Source: Macrostomum hystrix (lineage: Eukaryota; Animalia; Platyhelminthes). From it: a DNA stretch of 64,000 nucleotides. Position 1 is the first letter of the stretch, and the number at the start of each line of letters is the position of its first letter. This document shows, in pieces, positions 1 to 13,300 of this stretch. Under the pieces are notes generated by a model that was given only the letters and a program-made list of their open reading frames with translations, was not told where the DNA came from and made no database searches. The stretch is taken from the NCBI GenBank assembly GCA_950097015.1, contig CATNEN010000012.1, positions 3,286,001 to 3,350,000 on the forward strand. The letters are read 5' to 3'. Position numbers and translations under genes: made by a program.

Positions 1-1385
1 CCCAGTTGATGATGATCCCCCAGTTGACAATGATCCCCCAGTTGACAATGATCCCCCAGTTGACAATGATCCCCCAGTTAACAAAGATCCCCCAGTTCAC
101 AATGATCCCCCAGTTGATGAAGTCTCCCCATTGATGATGATCCCCAGTTAACAATGTTCCTCCATTTGACAATGTTCCCCCAGTTGACAACGATCCCCCA
201 GTTGATGATGATCACCCAGTTGACAATGATCCCCCAGTTGACAATGATCCCCCAGTTGACAATGATCCCCCAGTTGACAATGATCCCTCAGTTGATGATG
301 ATCCCCCAGTTGAAAATGATCCCCCAGTTGACAATGATCCCCCAGTTGACAATGATCCCCCAGTTGACAATGATCCCCCAGTTAACAAAGATCCCCCAGT
401 TCACAATGATCCCCCAGTTGATGAAGTCTCCCCATTGATGATGATCCCCAGTTAACAATGTTCCTCCAGTTGACAATGTTCCCCCAGTTGACAATGATCC
501 CCCAGTTGATGATGATCACCCAGTTGACAATGATCCCCCAGTTGACAATGATCCCCCCAGTTGACAATGATCCCCCAGTTGATGATGATCCCCCAGTTGA
601 AAATGATCCCCCAGTTGACAATGATCCCCCAGTTGAGAATGATCCCCCAGTTGACAATGATCCCCCAGTTAACAAAGATCCCCCAGTTCACAATGATCCC
701 CCAGTTGATGAAGTCTCCCCATTGATGATGATCCCTAGTTAACAATGTTCCTCCAGTTGACAATTTTCTCCCAGTTGACAATGATCCCCCAGTTGATGAT
801 GATCACCCAGCACCCAGTTGACAATGATCCCCCAGTTGACAATGATCCCCCAGTTGACAATGAACCCCCAGTTGACAACGATCCCCCAGTTGACAATGAT
901 CCCCCAGTTGACAATGATCCCCCAGTTGACAATGATCCCACAGTATACAATGATCCCCCAGTTGACAAAGATCCCCCAGTTCACAATGATCCCCCAGTTG
1001 ACAAAGATCCCCCAGTTCTCAATGATCCCCCAGTTGATGATGATCCCCAGTTGATGATGATTCCCCAGTTGACAATTATCCCCCAGTTGACCATTACCCC
1101 CCACTTGACAATGATCTCTCAGTTCACAATGATCCCCCAGTTGACAATGATCCCCCAGTTGACAATGAACCCCCAGTTGACAATGAACCCCCAGTTGACA
1201 AGATCCCCCAGTTGACAATGATCCCCCATTTGACAATGATCCCCCAGTTGACAATGATCCCCCAGTTGACAATGATCCCCCAGTTGACATTGATCCCCCA
1301 GTCGACAATTATCCCCCAGTTTATTATGATCCCCCAGTTCACCATGATCCCCATTTTGATGATGACTCCCCAGTTGACGTTGATT
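1..1385. repeat. 18-bp minisatellite (CCCCCAGTTGACAATGAT)n
   Basis: Directly visible tandem units. Source of the spurious PQLTMI/STGGSL ORFs. Confidence 0.97.
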
Positions 1386-1389
1386 TTTC

Positions 1390-2640
1390 AAACGCTGGGT
1401 TAGCCAAGATTCAAACTCAGGTTTCGCCATGTTTTAAACCCTGGTGGGCTCTGATTCAAACTCTCGTTTTGCCATGATTCAGACTCTGGTTGGCTATGAT
1501 TCAAACTCTGGTTTAGCCAAGATTCAAACTCTGGTTGGCTATGATTCAGACGCTGGTTTAGCCATGATTCAGACGCTGGTTTAGCCATGATTGAAACTCT
1601 GGTTTAGCCATGATTCAGACTCTGGTTTAGCCATGATTCAGACGCTGGTTTAGCCATGATTCAGACGCTGGTTTAGCCATGATTGAAACTCTGGTTTAGC
1701 CATGATTCAGACTCTGGTTTAGCCATGATTTAAATTCTGGTTAAGCCATGATTCAGACTCTGGTTTAGCCATGATTCAGACTCTGGTTTAGCCATGATTC
1801 AAACTCTGGTTAAGCCATGATTCAGACTCTGGTTTAGCCATGATTCAGACTCTATTTTAGCCATGATTCAGACTATGGTTTAGCCATGATTCAGACTCCA
1901 GTTTTGCCATGATTCAGACTCTGGTTTAGCCATGATTCAGACTCTGGTTTAGCCATGATTCAGACTCTGGTTAAGCCATGATTCAGACTCTGGTTTAGCC
2001 ATGATTTAAATTCTGGTTAAGCCATGATTCAGACTCTGGTTTAGCCATGATTCAAACTCTGGTTAAGCCATGATTCAAACTCTGGTTTAGCCATGATTCA
2101 AACTCTGGTTTAGCCATGATTCAGACGCTGGTTTAGCCATGATTCAGACTCTGGTTTAGCCATGATTCAGACTCTGTTTAGCCATGATTCAAACTCTGGT
2201 TAAGCCATGATTCAGACTCTGGTTAAGCCATGATTCAGACGCTGGTTTAGCCATGATTCAAACTCTGGTTAAGCCATGATTCAGACTCTGGTTTAGCCAT
2301 GATTTAAATTCTGGTTAAGCCATGATTCAGACTCTGGTTTAGCCATGATTCAAACTCTGGTTAAGCCATGATTCAGACGCTGGTTTAGCCATGATTCAGA
2401 CTCTGGTTTAGCCATGATTCAGACTCTGGTTTAGCCATGATTCAGACTCTGGTTTAGCCATGATTCAGACTCTGGTTTAGCCATGATTCAGACGCTGGTT
2501 TAGCCATGATTCAGACTCTGGTTTAGCCATGATTCAGACTCCAGTTTAGCCATGATTCAAGCTCTGGTTTAGCCATGATTCAGACGCTGGTTTAGCCATG
2601 ATTCAAGCTCTATTTTTGCCATGATTCAAATTCAGGTTTG
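1390..2640. repeat. 23-bp minisatellite (AGCCATGATTCAGACTCTGGTTT)n
   Basis: Directly visible 23-nt period. Confidence 0.97.
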
Positions 2641-3329
2641 CTATGATTTATGATATTTTATTTACGAAATGAAAAAATAAATTAAAATAATCTTCAATCA
2701 CTACTGGCTGAAAATTAGTCTAAATGATTTGACGCAGTGCAGAATCGAACCCTAGCCTAGCCTAACTTATTCCTAGTGCCTACACATCGGCTATTCCGAC
2801 TGTTGGTTAGTGGGTGCAAAAATCTGCCTTATAAAATGAATTCTCAAAGTTCTGGCTTTGTACAATGAAGTAAGAAAATAGAGTACACTCAGTCTCGCGG
2901 TTGGTTGTGTACATTTATTTCCAATTTGTCTCCAGAGTGCAGGCTTTAAATTCAATCAGCTAGGGGTTGTTGCGCAATTTGACGACGCAATTCTAATTCA
3001 GTGGCTGTCAGTGAAATTCTCAATAGGCCAAGATGGTTTGACCTTTGAAAAAATCATGTTTTTCGAATATTTAATCCCTTTAGCAATAAAGTTAAGCTTA
3101 ATAAAAATACGTGTATAATTGTCCCCATATTTAGCATCTTTTGGTGAAGAAATGGTGAAAATCGGTTGAGCCGTTCGGGAGAAAATCAATTACAAGCAAC
3201 CAACCCAAGCATTTCATTTTTAGTATATTAGACTAGCAAGTTTTGCCCCCCTTCGGGGAGCAGAAATACTTTTAATTCGTCTAGTATATACTTTTTAGCA
3301 GCTGAATTTACAGCTTTTTAAAGCTACAA

Positions 3330-4340
3330 TGAACCACCAGTTGACAATGAACCCCCAGTTGATGATGATCCCCAGGTTGACAATGAACCCCCGGTTGACA
3401 ATGATCCCCCAGTTGACAATGATCCCCCAGTTGACAATGATCCCCCAGTTGACAATGATCCCACAGTTGACAATGATCCCCCAGTTGACAAATATCCCCC
3501 AGTTCACAATGATCCCCCAGTTGAAAATGATCCCCCAGTTGACAATGATCCCCCAGTTGACAATGATCCCCCAGTTGACAATGATCCCGCCCGTTGACAA
3601 TGATCCCACAGTTGACAATGAACCCCCAGTTGACAATGATCCCCCCAGTTGATGATGACCGCCCAGTTGACAATGATCCCCCAGTTGACAATGATCCCAC
3701 AGTTGACAATGAACCCCCCAGTTGACAATGATCCCCAGTTGACAATGATCCCCCAGTTGACAATGATCCCCCAGTTGACAAAGATCCCCCAGTTTACAAT
3801 GATCCCCCAGTTGATGATGACTCCCCATTGATGATGATCCCCAGTTAACAATGTCCCCTCCAGTTGACCATGTTCCCCCAGTTGACAATGATCCCCCAGT
3901 TGATGATGACTCCCCATTGATGATGATCCCCAGTTAACAATGTCCCCTCCAGTTGACCATGTTCCCCCAGTTGACAATGATCCCCCAGTTGACAATGAAC
4001 TCCCAGTTGACAATGATCCCCCAGTTAATGATGATCCCCCAGTTGACAATGATCCCCCAGTTGACAACAATCCCCCAGTTGACAATAATCCCCCCAGTTG
4101 ACAATGATCCCCCAGTTGACAATGATCCCACAGTTGACAATGATCCGGCCCAGTTGACAATGATCCCCCAGTTCACAAATATCCCCCAGTTGATGATGAT
4201 CCCCCAGTTAATGATGATCCCCCAGTTAATGATGATCCCCAGTTGACAATGATCCCCCAGTTGACAACGATCCCCCAGTTGACAATAATCCCCCAGTTTA
4301 CCATGATCCCCATTTTGATGATGACTCCCCAGTTGACGTT
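3330..4340. repeat. 18-bp minisatellite, second array
   Basis: Same unit as 1-1385. Confidence 0.97.
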
Positions 4341-4359
4341 GATTTTTCAAACGCTGGGT

Positions 4360-7300
4360 TAGCCAAGATTCAGGTTTCGCCATGTTTTAAACCCTGGTGG
4401 GTTATGATTCAGACTCTGGTTGACTATGATTCAAACTCTGGTTTTGCCATGATTCAAACTCTCGTTTTACCATGATTCAAACTCTGGTTTAGCCATGATT
4501 CAAACTCTGGTTTAGCAATGATTCAAACTCTGGTTTAGCCGTGATTCAAACTCTGGTGTATCCATGATTCAAACTCTGGTTTAGCCATGATTCAGACGCT
4601 GGTTTAGCCATGATTCAAACTCTGGTTGGCCAGGATTGAAATTTTGGTTTAGCCATGATTCAAACTCTGGTTTAGCCATGATTCAAACTCTGGTTTAGCC
4701 ATGATTCAAACTCTGGTTTAGCCATGATTCAAACTCTGGTTTAGCCATGATTCAAACTCTGGTTTAGCCATCATTCAAACTCTGGTTTAGCCATGATTGA
4801 AGCTCTGGTTTAGCCATGATTCAAACTCTGGTTTAGCCATGATTCAGACTCTGGTTAGCAATGATTCAAACTCTGGTTTAGCCATGATTCAAACTCTGGT
4901 TTAGCCATGATTCAAACTCTGGTTTAGCCATGATTCAGACGCTGGTTTAGCCATGATTCAGACGCTGGTTTAGCCATGATTCAGACGCTGGTTTAGCCAT
5001 GATTCAAACGCTGGTTTAGCCATGATTCAAACTCTGGTTTAGCCATGATTCAAACTCTGGTTTAGCCATGATTCAAACTCTGGTTTAGCCATGATTCAAA
5101 CTCTGGTTTAGCCATGATTCAAACTCTGGTTTAGCCATGATTCAAACTCTGGTTTTGCCATGATTGAAGCTCTGGTTTAGCAATGATTCAAACTCTGGTT
5201 TAGCCATGATTCAGACTCTGGTTAGCAATGATTCAAACTCTGGTTTAGCAATGATTCAAACTCTGGTTTAGCCATGATTCAAACTCTGGTTTAGCCATGA
5301 TTCAAACTCTGGTTTAGCCATGATTCAAACTCTGGTTTAACCATGATTCAAACTCAAGTTTAGCGATGATTCAAACTCTGGTTTAGCCATGCTGATGATG
5401 ATGGTTTTAGCCATGATTCAAACTCTGGTTCAGCCATGATTCAAACTCTGGTTGGCCCAGATTCAAACTCTGGTTTAGCCATGATTCAGACTCTGGTTTA
5501 GCCATGATTCAGACTCAAGTTTAACCATGATTCAGACTCTGGTTTAGCCATGATTCAGACTCAAGTTTAGCCATGATTCAGACTCTAGTTTAGCCATGAT
5601 TCAAACTCTGGTTAGCCATGATTCAGACTCTGGTTTAGCCATGATTCAGACTCTAGTTTAGCCATGATTCAAGCTCTGTTTTAGCCATGATTCAAGATCT
5701 GGTTTAGCCATGATTCAAACTCTGGTTTAGCCATGATTCAGACTCTAGTTTAGCCATGATTGAAACTCTGGTTTAGCCATGATTCAGACTCTGGTTTAGC
5801 CATGATTCAGACTCTAGTTTAGCCATGCTCATGATGATGGTTTAGCCATGATTCAAACTCTGGTTTAGCCATGATTCAAACTCAAGCTTAGCGATGATTC
5901 AAACTCCGGTTTAGCCATGATTCAGACGCTGGTTTAGCCATGATTCAGACGCTGGTTTAGCTATGATTCAGACGCTGGTTTAGCCATGATTCAGACTATG
6001 GTTTAGCCATGATTCAGACGCTGGTTTAGCCATGATTCAGACTCTGGTTTAGCCATGATTCAGACTATGGTTTAGCCATGATTCAAACTCTGGTTTAGCC
6101 ATGATTCAAACTCTGGTTTAGCCATGATTCAAACTCTGGTTTAGCCATGATTCAGACTCTGGTTTAGCCATGATTCAAACGCTGGTTTAGCCATGATTCA
6201 AACTCTGGTTTAGCCATGATTGAAGCTCTGGTTTAGCAATGATTCAAACTCTGGTTTAGCCATGATTCAGACTCTGGTTAGCAATGATTCAAACTCTGGT
6301 TTAGCAATGATTCAAACTCTGGTTTAGCCATGATTCAAACTCTGGTTTAGCCATGATTCAAACTCTGGTTTAGCCATGATTCAAACTCTGGTTTAACCAT
6401 GATTCAAACTCAAGTTTAGCGATGATTCAAACTCTGGTTTAGCCATGCTGATGATGATGGTTTAGCCATGATTCAAACTCTGGTTCAGCCATGATTCAAA
6501 CTCTGGTTGGCCCAGATTCAAACTCTGGTTTAGCCATGATTCAGACTCTGGTTTAGCCATGATTCAGACTCAAGTTTAACCATGATTCAGACTCTGGTTT
6601 AGCCGTGATTCAGACTCAATGTTTAGCCATGATTCAGACTCTAGTTTAGCCATGATTCAAACTCTGGTTTAGCCATGATTCAGACTCTGGTTTAGCCATG
6701 ATTCAGACTCTGGTTTAGCCATGATTCAAACTCTGGTTTAAGCCATGATTCAGACTCTGGTTTAGCCATAATTTAAATTCTGGTTAAGCCATGATTCAGA
6801 CTCTGGTTTAGCCATGATTCAAACTCTGGTTTAGCCATGATTCAGACGCTGGTTTAGCCATGATTCAGACTCTGGTTTAGCCATGATTCAGACTCTGGTT
6901 TAGCCATGATTCAAACTCTGGTTTAGCCATGATTCAGACTCTGGTTTAGCCATGATTCAAACTCTGGTTAAGCCATGATTCAGACTCTGGTTTAGCCATG
7001 ATTCAGACTCTGGTTTAGCCATGATTCAGACGCTGGTTTAGCCATGATTCAGACTCTGGTTTAGCCATGATTGAAGCTCTGGTTTAGCCAAGATTCAAAC
7101 TCTGGTTTAGCCATGATTCAGACTCTGGTTAGCAATGATTCAAACTCTGGTTTAGCCATGATTCAAACTCTGGTTTAGCCATGATTCAAACTCTGGTTTA
7201 GCCATGATTCAGACGCTGGTTTAGCCATGATTCAGACGCTGGTTTAGCCATGATTCAAACTCTGGTTAAGCCATGATTCAGACTCTGGTTTAGCCATAAT

Positions 7301-10300
7301 TTAAATTCTGGTTTAAGCCATGATTCAGACTCTGGTTTAGCCATGATTCAAACTCTGGTTTAGCCATGATTCAGACGCTGGTTTAGCCATGATTCAGACT
7401 CTGGTTTAGCCATGATTCAGACTCTGGTTTAGCCATGATTCAAACTCTGGTTTAGCCATGATTCAGACTCTGGTTAGCAATGATTCAAACTCTGGTTTAG
7501 CAATGATTCAAACTCTGGTTTAGCCATGATTCAAACTCTGGTTTAGCCATGATTCAAACTCTGGTTTAGCCATGATTCAAACTCTGGTTTAACCATGATT
7601 CAAACTCAAGTTTAGCGATGATTCAAACTCTGGTTTAGCCATGCTGATGATGATGGTTTAGCCATGATTCAAACTCTGGTTCAGCCATGATTCAAACTCT
7701 GGTTGGCCCAGATTCAAACTCTGGTTTAGCCATGATTCAGACTCTGGTTTAGCCATGATTCAGACTCAAGTTTAACCATGATTCAGACTCTGGTTTAGCC
7801 GTGATTCAGACTCAAGTTTAGCCATGATTCAGACTCTAGTTTAGCCATGATTCAAACTCTGGTTTAGCCATGATTCAGACTCTGGTTTAGCCATGATTCA
7901 GACTCTGGTTTAGCCATGATTCAAACTCTGGTTTAAGCCATGATTCAGACTCTGGTTTAGCCATAATTTAAATTCTGGTTAAGCCATGATTCAGACTCTG
8001 GTTTAGCCATGATTCAAACTCTGGTTTAGCCATGATTCAGACGCTGGTTTAGCCATGATTCAGACGCTGGTTTAGCCATGATTCAGACTCTGGTTTAGCC
8101 ATGATTCAAACTCTGGTTTAGCCATGATTCAGACTCTGGTTTAGCCATGATTCAAACTCTGGTTAAGCCATGATTCAGACTCTGGTTTAGCCATGATTCA
8201 GACTCTGGTTTAGCCATGATTCAGACGCTGGTTTAGCCATGATTCAGACTCTGGTTTAGCCATGATTGAAGCTCTGGTTTAGCCAAGATTCAAACTCTGG
8301 TTTAGCCATGATTCAGACTCTGGTTAGCAATGATTCAAACTCTGGTTTAGCCATGATTCAAACGATGGTTTAGCCATGATTCAAACTCTGGTTTAGCCAT
8401 GATTCAGACGCTGGTTTAGCCATGATTCAGACGCTGGTTTAGCCATGATTCAAACTCTGGTTAAGCCATGATTCAGACTCTGGTTTAGCCATAATTTAAA
8501 TTCTGGTTAAGCCATGATTCAGACTCTGGTTTAGCCATGATTCAAACTCTGGTTTAGCCATGATTCAGACGCTGGTTTAGCCATGATTCAGACTCTGGTT
8601 AGCCATGATTCAGACTCTGGTTTAGCCATGATTCAAACTCTGGTTTAGCCATGATTCAGACTCTGGTTTAGCCATGATTCAAACTCTGGTTAAGCCATGA
8701 TTCAGACTCTGGTTTAGCCATGATTCAGACTCTGGTTTAGCCATGATTCAGACGCTGGTTTAGCCATGATTCAGACTCTGGTTTAGCCATGATTGAAGCT
8801 CTGGTTTAGCCAAGATTCAAACTCTGGTTTAGCCATGATTCAGACTCTGGTTAGCAATGATTCAACTCTGGTTTAGCCATGATTCAAACTCTGGTTTAGC
8901 CATGATTCAAACTCTGGTTTAGCCATGATTCAGACGCTGGTTTAGCCATGATTCAGACGCTGGTTTAGCCATGATTCAGACGCTGGTTTAGCCATGATTC
9001 AAACGCTGGTTTAGCCATGATTCAAACTCTGGTTTAGCCATGATTCAAACTCTGGTTTAGCCATGATTCAAACTCTGGTTTAGCCATGATTCAAACTCTG
9101 GTTTAGCCATGATTCAAACTCTGGTTTAGCCATGATTCAAACTCTGGTTTTGCCATGATTGAAGCTCTGGTTTAGCAATGATTCAAACTCTGGTTTAGCC
9201 ATGATTCAGACTCTGGTTAGCAATGATTCAAACTCTGGTTTAGCAATGATTCAAACTCTGGTTTAGCCATGATTCAAACTCTGGTTTAGCCATGATTCAA
9301 ACTCTGGTTTAGCCATGATTCAAACTCTGGTTTAACCATGATTCAAACTCTGGTTTAGCCATGATTCAAACTCTGGTTTAGCCATGATTCAAACTCTGGT
9401 TTAGCCATGATTCAGACTCTGGTTTAGCCATGATTCAAACGCTGGTTTAGCCATGATTCAAACTCTGGTTTAGCCATGATTGAAGCTCTGGTTTAGCAAT
9501 GATTCAAACTCTGGTTTAGCCATGATTCAGACTCTGGTTAGCAATGATTCAAACTCTGGTTTAGCAATGATTCAAACTCTGGTTTAGCCATGATTCAAAC
9601 TCTGGTTTAGCCATGATTCAAACTCTGGTTTAGCCATGATTCAAACTCTGGTTTAACCATGATTCAAACTCAAGTTTAGCGATGATTCAAACTCTGGTTA
9701 GCCATGCTGATGATGATGGTTTAGCCATGATTCAAACTCTGGTTCAGCCATGATTCAAACTCTGGTTGGCCCAGATTCAAACTCTGGTTTAGCCATGATT
9801 CAGGACTCTGGTTTAGCCATGATTCAGACTCAAGTTTAACCATGATTCAGACTCTGGTTTAGCCGTGATTCAGACTCAAGTTTAGCCATGATTCAGACTC
9901 TAGTTTAGCCATGATTCAAAATCTGGTTAAGCCATGATTCAGACTCTGGTTTAGCCATAATTTAAATTCTGGTTAAGCCATGATTCAGACTCTGGTTTAG
10001 CCATGATTCAAACTCTGGTTTAGCCATGATTCAGACGCTGGTTTAGCCATGATTCAGACTCTGGTTTAGCCATGATTCAGACTCTGGTTTAGCCATGATT
10101 CAAACTCTGGTTTAGCCATGATTCAGACTCTGGTTTAGCCATGATTCAAACTCTGGTTAAGCCATGATTCAGACTCTGGTTTAGCCATGATTCAGACTCT
10201 GGTTTAGCCATGATTCAGACGCTGGTTTAGCCATGATTCAGACTCTGGTTTAGCCATGATTGAAGACTCTGGTTTAGCCAAGATTCAAACTCTGGTTTAG

Positions 10301-13300
10301 CCATGATTCAGACTCTGGTTAGCAATGATTCAAACTCTGGTTTAGCCATGATTCAAACTCTGGTTTAGCCATGATTCAAACTCTGGTTTAGCCATGATTC
10401 AGACGCTGGTTTAGCCATGATTCAGACGCTGGTTTAGCCATGATTCAAACTCTGGTTAAGCCATGATTCAGACTCTGGTTTAGCCATAATTTAAATTCTG
10501 GTTAAGCCATGATTCAGACTCTGGTTTAGCCATGATTCAAACTCTGGTTTAGCCATGATTCAGACGCTGGTTTAGCCATGATTCAGACTCTGGTTTAGCC
10601 ATGATTCAGACTCTGGTTAGCCATGATTCAAACTCTGGTTTAGCCATGATTCAGACTCTGGTTTAGCCATGATTCAAACTCTGGTTAAGCCATGATTCAG
10701 ACTCTGGTTTAGCCATGATTCAGACTCTGGTTTAGCCATGATTCAGACGCTGGTTTAGCCATGATTCAGACTCTGGTTTAGCCATGATTGAAGCTCTGGT
10801 TTAGCCAAGATTCAAACTCTGGTTTAGCCATGATTCAGACGCTGGTTTAGCCATGATTCAAACGCTGGTTTAGCCATGATTCAAACTCTGGTTTAGCCAT
10901 GATTCAAACTCTGGTTTAGCCATGATTCAAACTCTGGTTTAGCCATGATTCAAACTCTGGTTTAGCCATGATTCAAACTCTGGTTTAGCCATGATTCAAA
11001 CTCTGGTTTTGCCATGATTGAAGCTCTGGTTTAGCAATGATTCAAACTCTGGTTTAGCCATGATTCAGACTCTGGTTAGCAATGATTCAAACTCTGGTTT
11101 AGCAATGATTCAAACTCTGGTTTAGCCATGATTCAAACTCTGGTTAGCCATGATTCAAACTCTGGTTTAGCCATGATTCAAACTCTGGTTTAACCATGAT
11201 TCAAACTCAAGTTTAGCGATGATTCAAACTCTGGTTTAGCCATGCTGATGATGATGGTTTAGCCATGATTCAAACTCTGGTTCAGCCATGATTCAAACTC
11301 TGGTTGGCCCAGATTCAAACTCTGGTTTAGCCATGATTCAGACTCTGGTTTAGCCATGATTCAGACTCAAGTTTAACCATGATTCAGACTCTGGTTTAGC
11401 CATGATTCAGACTCAAGTTTAGCCATGATTCAGACTCTGGTTTAGCCATGATTCAGACTCTGGTTAAGCCATGATTCAGACTCTGGTTTAGCCATGATTC
11501 AGACTCTGGTTTAGCCATGATTCAGACGCTGGTTTAGCCATGATTCAGACTCTGGTTTAGCCATGATTCAGACTCTGGTTTAGCCATGATTGAAGCTCTG
11601 GTTTAGCCAAGATTCAAACTCTGGTTTAGCCATGATTCAGACTCTGGTTAGCAATGATTCAAACTCTGGTTTAGCCATGATTCAAACTCTGGTTTAGCCA
11701 TGATTCAAACTCTGGTTTAGCCATGATTCAGACGCTGGTTTAGCCATGATTCAGACGCTGGTTTAGCCATGATTCAGACGCTGGTTTAGCCATGATTCAA
11801 ACGCTGGTTTAGCCATGATTCAAACTCTGGTTTAGCCATGATTCAAACTCTGGTTTAGCCATGATTCAAACTCTGGTTTAGCCATGATTCAAACTCTGGT
11901 TTAGCCATGATTCAAACTCTGGTTTAGCCATGATTCAAACTCTGGTTTTGCCATTATTGAAGCTCTGGTTTAGCAATGATTCAGACGCTGGTTTAGCCAT
12001 GATTCAGACTCTGGTTTAGCCATGATTCAGACTCTGGTTTAGCCATGATTCAAACTCTGGTTAAGCCATGATTCAGACTCTGGTTTAGCCATGATTCAGA
12101 CTCTGGTTTAGCCATGATTCAGACGCTGGTTTAGCCATGATTCAGACTCTGGTTTAGCCATAATTTAAATTCTGGTTAAGCCATGATTCAGACTCTGGTT
12201 TAGCCATGATTCAAACTCTGGTTTAGCCATGATTCAGACGCTGGTTTAGCCATGATTGAAGCTCTGGTTTAGCCAAGATTCAAACTCTGGTTTAGCCATG
12301 ATTCAGACTCTGGTTAGCAATGATTCAAACTCTGGTTTAGCCATGATTCAAACTCTGGTTTAGCCATGATTCAAACTCTGGTTTAGCCATGATTCAGACG
12401 CTGGTTTAGCCATGATTCAGACGCTGGTTTAGCCATGATTCAAACTCTGGTTAAGCCATGATTCAGACTCTGGTTTAGCCATAATTTAAATTCTGGTTAA
12501 GCCATGATTCAGACTCTGGTTTAGCCATGATTCAAACTCTGGTTTAGCCATGATTCAGACGCTGGTTTAGCCATGATTCAGACTCTGGTTTAGCCATGAT
12601 TCAGACTCTGGTTTAGCCATGATTCAAACTCTGGTTTAGCCATGATTCAGACTCTGGTTTAGCCATGATTCAACTCTGGTTTAAGCCATGATTCAGACTC
12701 TGGTTTAGCCATGATTCAGACTCTGGTTTAGCCATGATTCAGACGCTGGTTTAGCCATGATTCAGACTCTGGTTTAGCCATGATTGAAGCTCTGGTTTAG
12801 CCAAGATTCAAACTCTGGTTTAGCCATGATTCAGACTCTGGTTTAGCAATGATTCAAACTCTGGTTTAGCCATGATTCAAACTCTGGTTTAGCCATGATT
12901 TAAACTCTGGTTTAGCCATGATTCAGACGCTGGTTTAGCCATGATTCAGACGCTGGTTTAGCCATGATTCAGACTCTGGTTTAGCCATGATTCAAGACTC
13001 TGGTTTAGCCATGATTCAAACTCTGGTTTAGCCATGATTCAAACTCTGGTTTAGCCATGATTCAAACTCTGGTTTAGCCATGATTCAAACTCTGGTTTAG
13101 CCATGATTCAAACTCTGGTTTAGCCATGATTCAAACTCTGGTTTTGCCATGATTGAAGCTCTGGTTTAGCAATGATTCAAACTCTGGTTTAGCCATGATT
13201 CAGACTCTGGTTAGCAATGATTCAAACTCTGGTTTAGCAATGATTCAAACTCTGGTTTAGCCATGATTCAAACTCTGGTTTAGCCATGATTCAAACTCTG

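Larger units (their letters stand above)
1..3232 (-). mobile_element. Non-autonomous Helitron-like element, copy 1 (3' part runs off the window start)
   Basis: Minus-strand 5' end TCTAATATACTAAAAATGAAAT at 3232. The ~590-bp unique head (2641-3232) is near-identical to 15961-16552 and 24172-24759 and is followed by the 23-bp and then the 18-bp minisatellite. Confidence 0.8.

Noticed and set aside
2735-2770. B-box-like GGGTTCGATTC on the minus strand of each Helitron head
   Set aside because: No convincing A-box or cloverleaf, so it is not called a tRNA or SINE.
2998-3189. Thrice-repeated 63-78 aa ORF MIFSRTAQPIFT... (also 16323-16514 and 24485-24721)
   Set aside because: It is the non-coding head of the Helitron-like element. 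It has no RepHel motifs and its length changes between copies.
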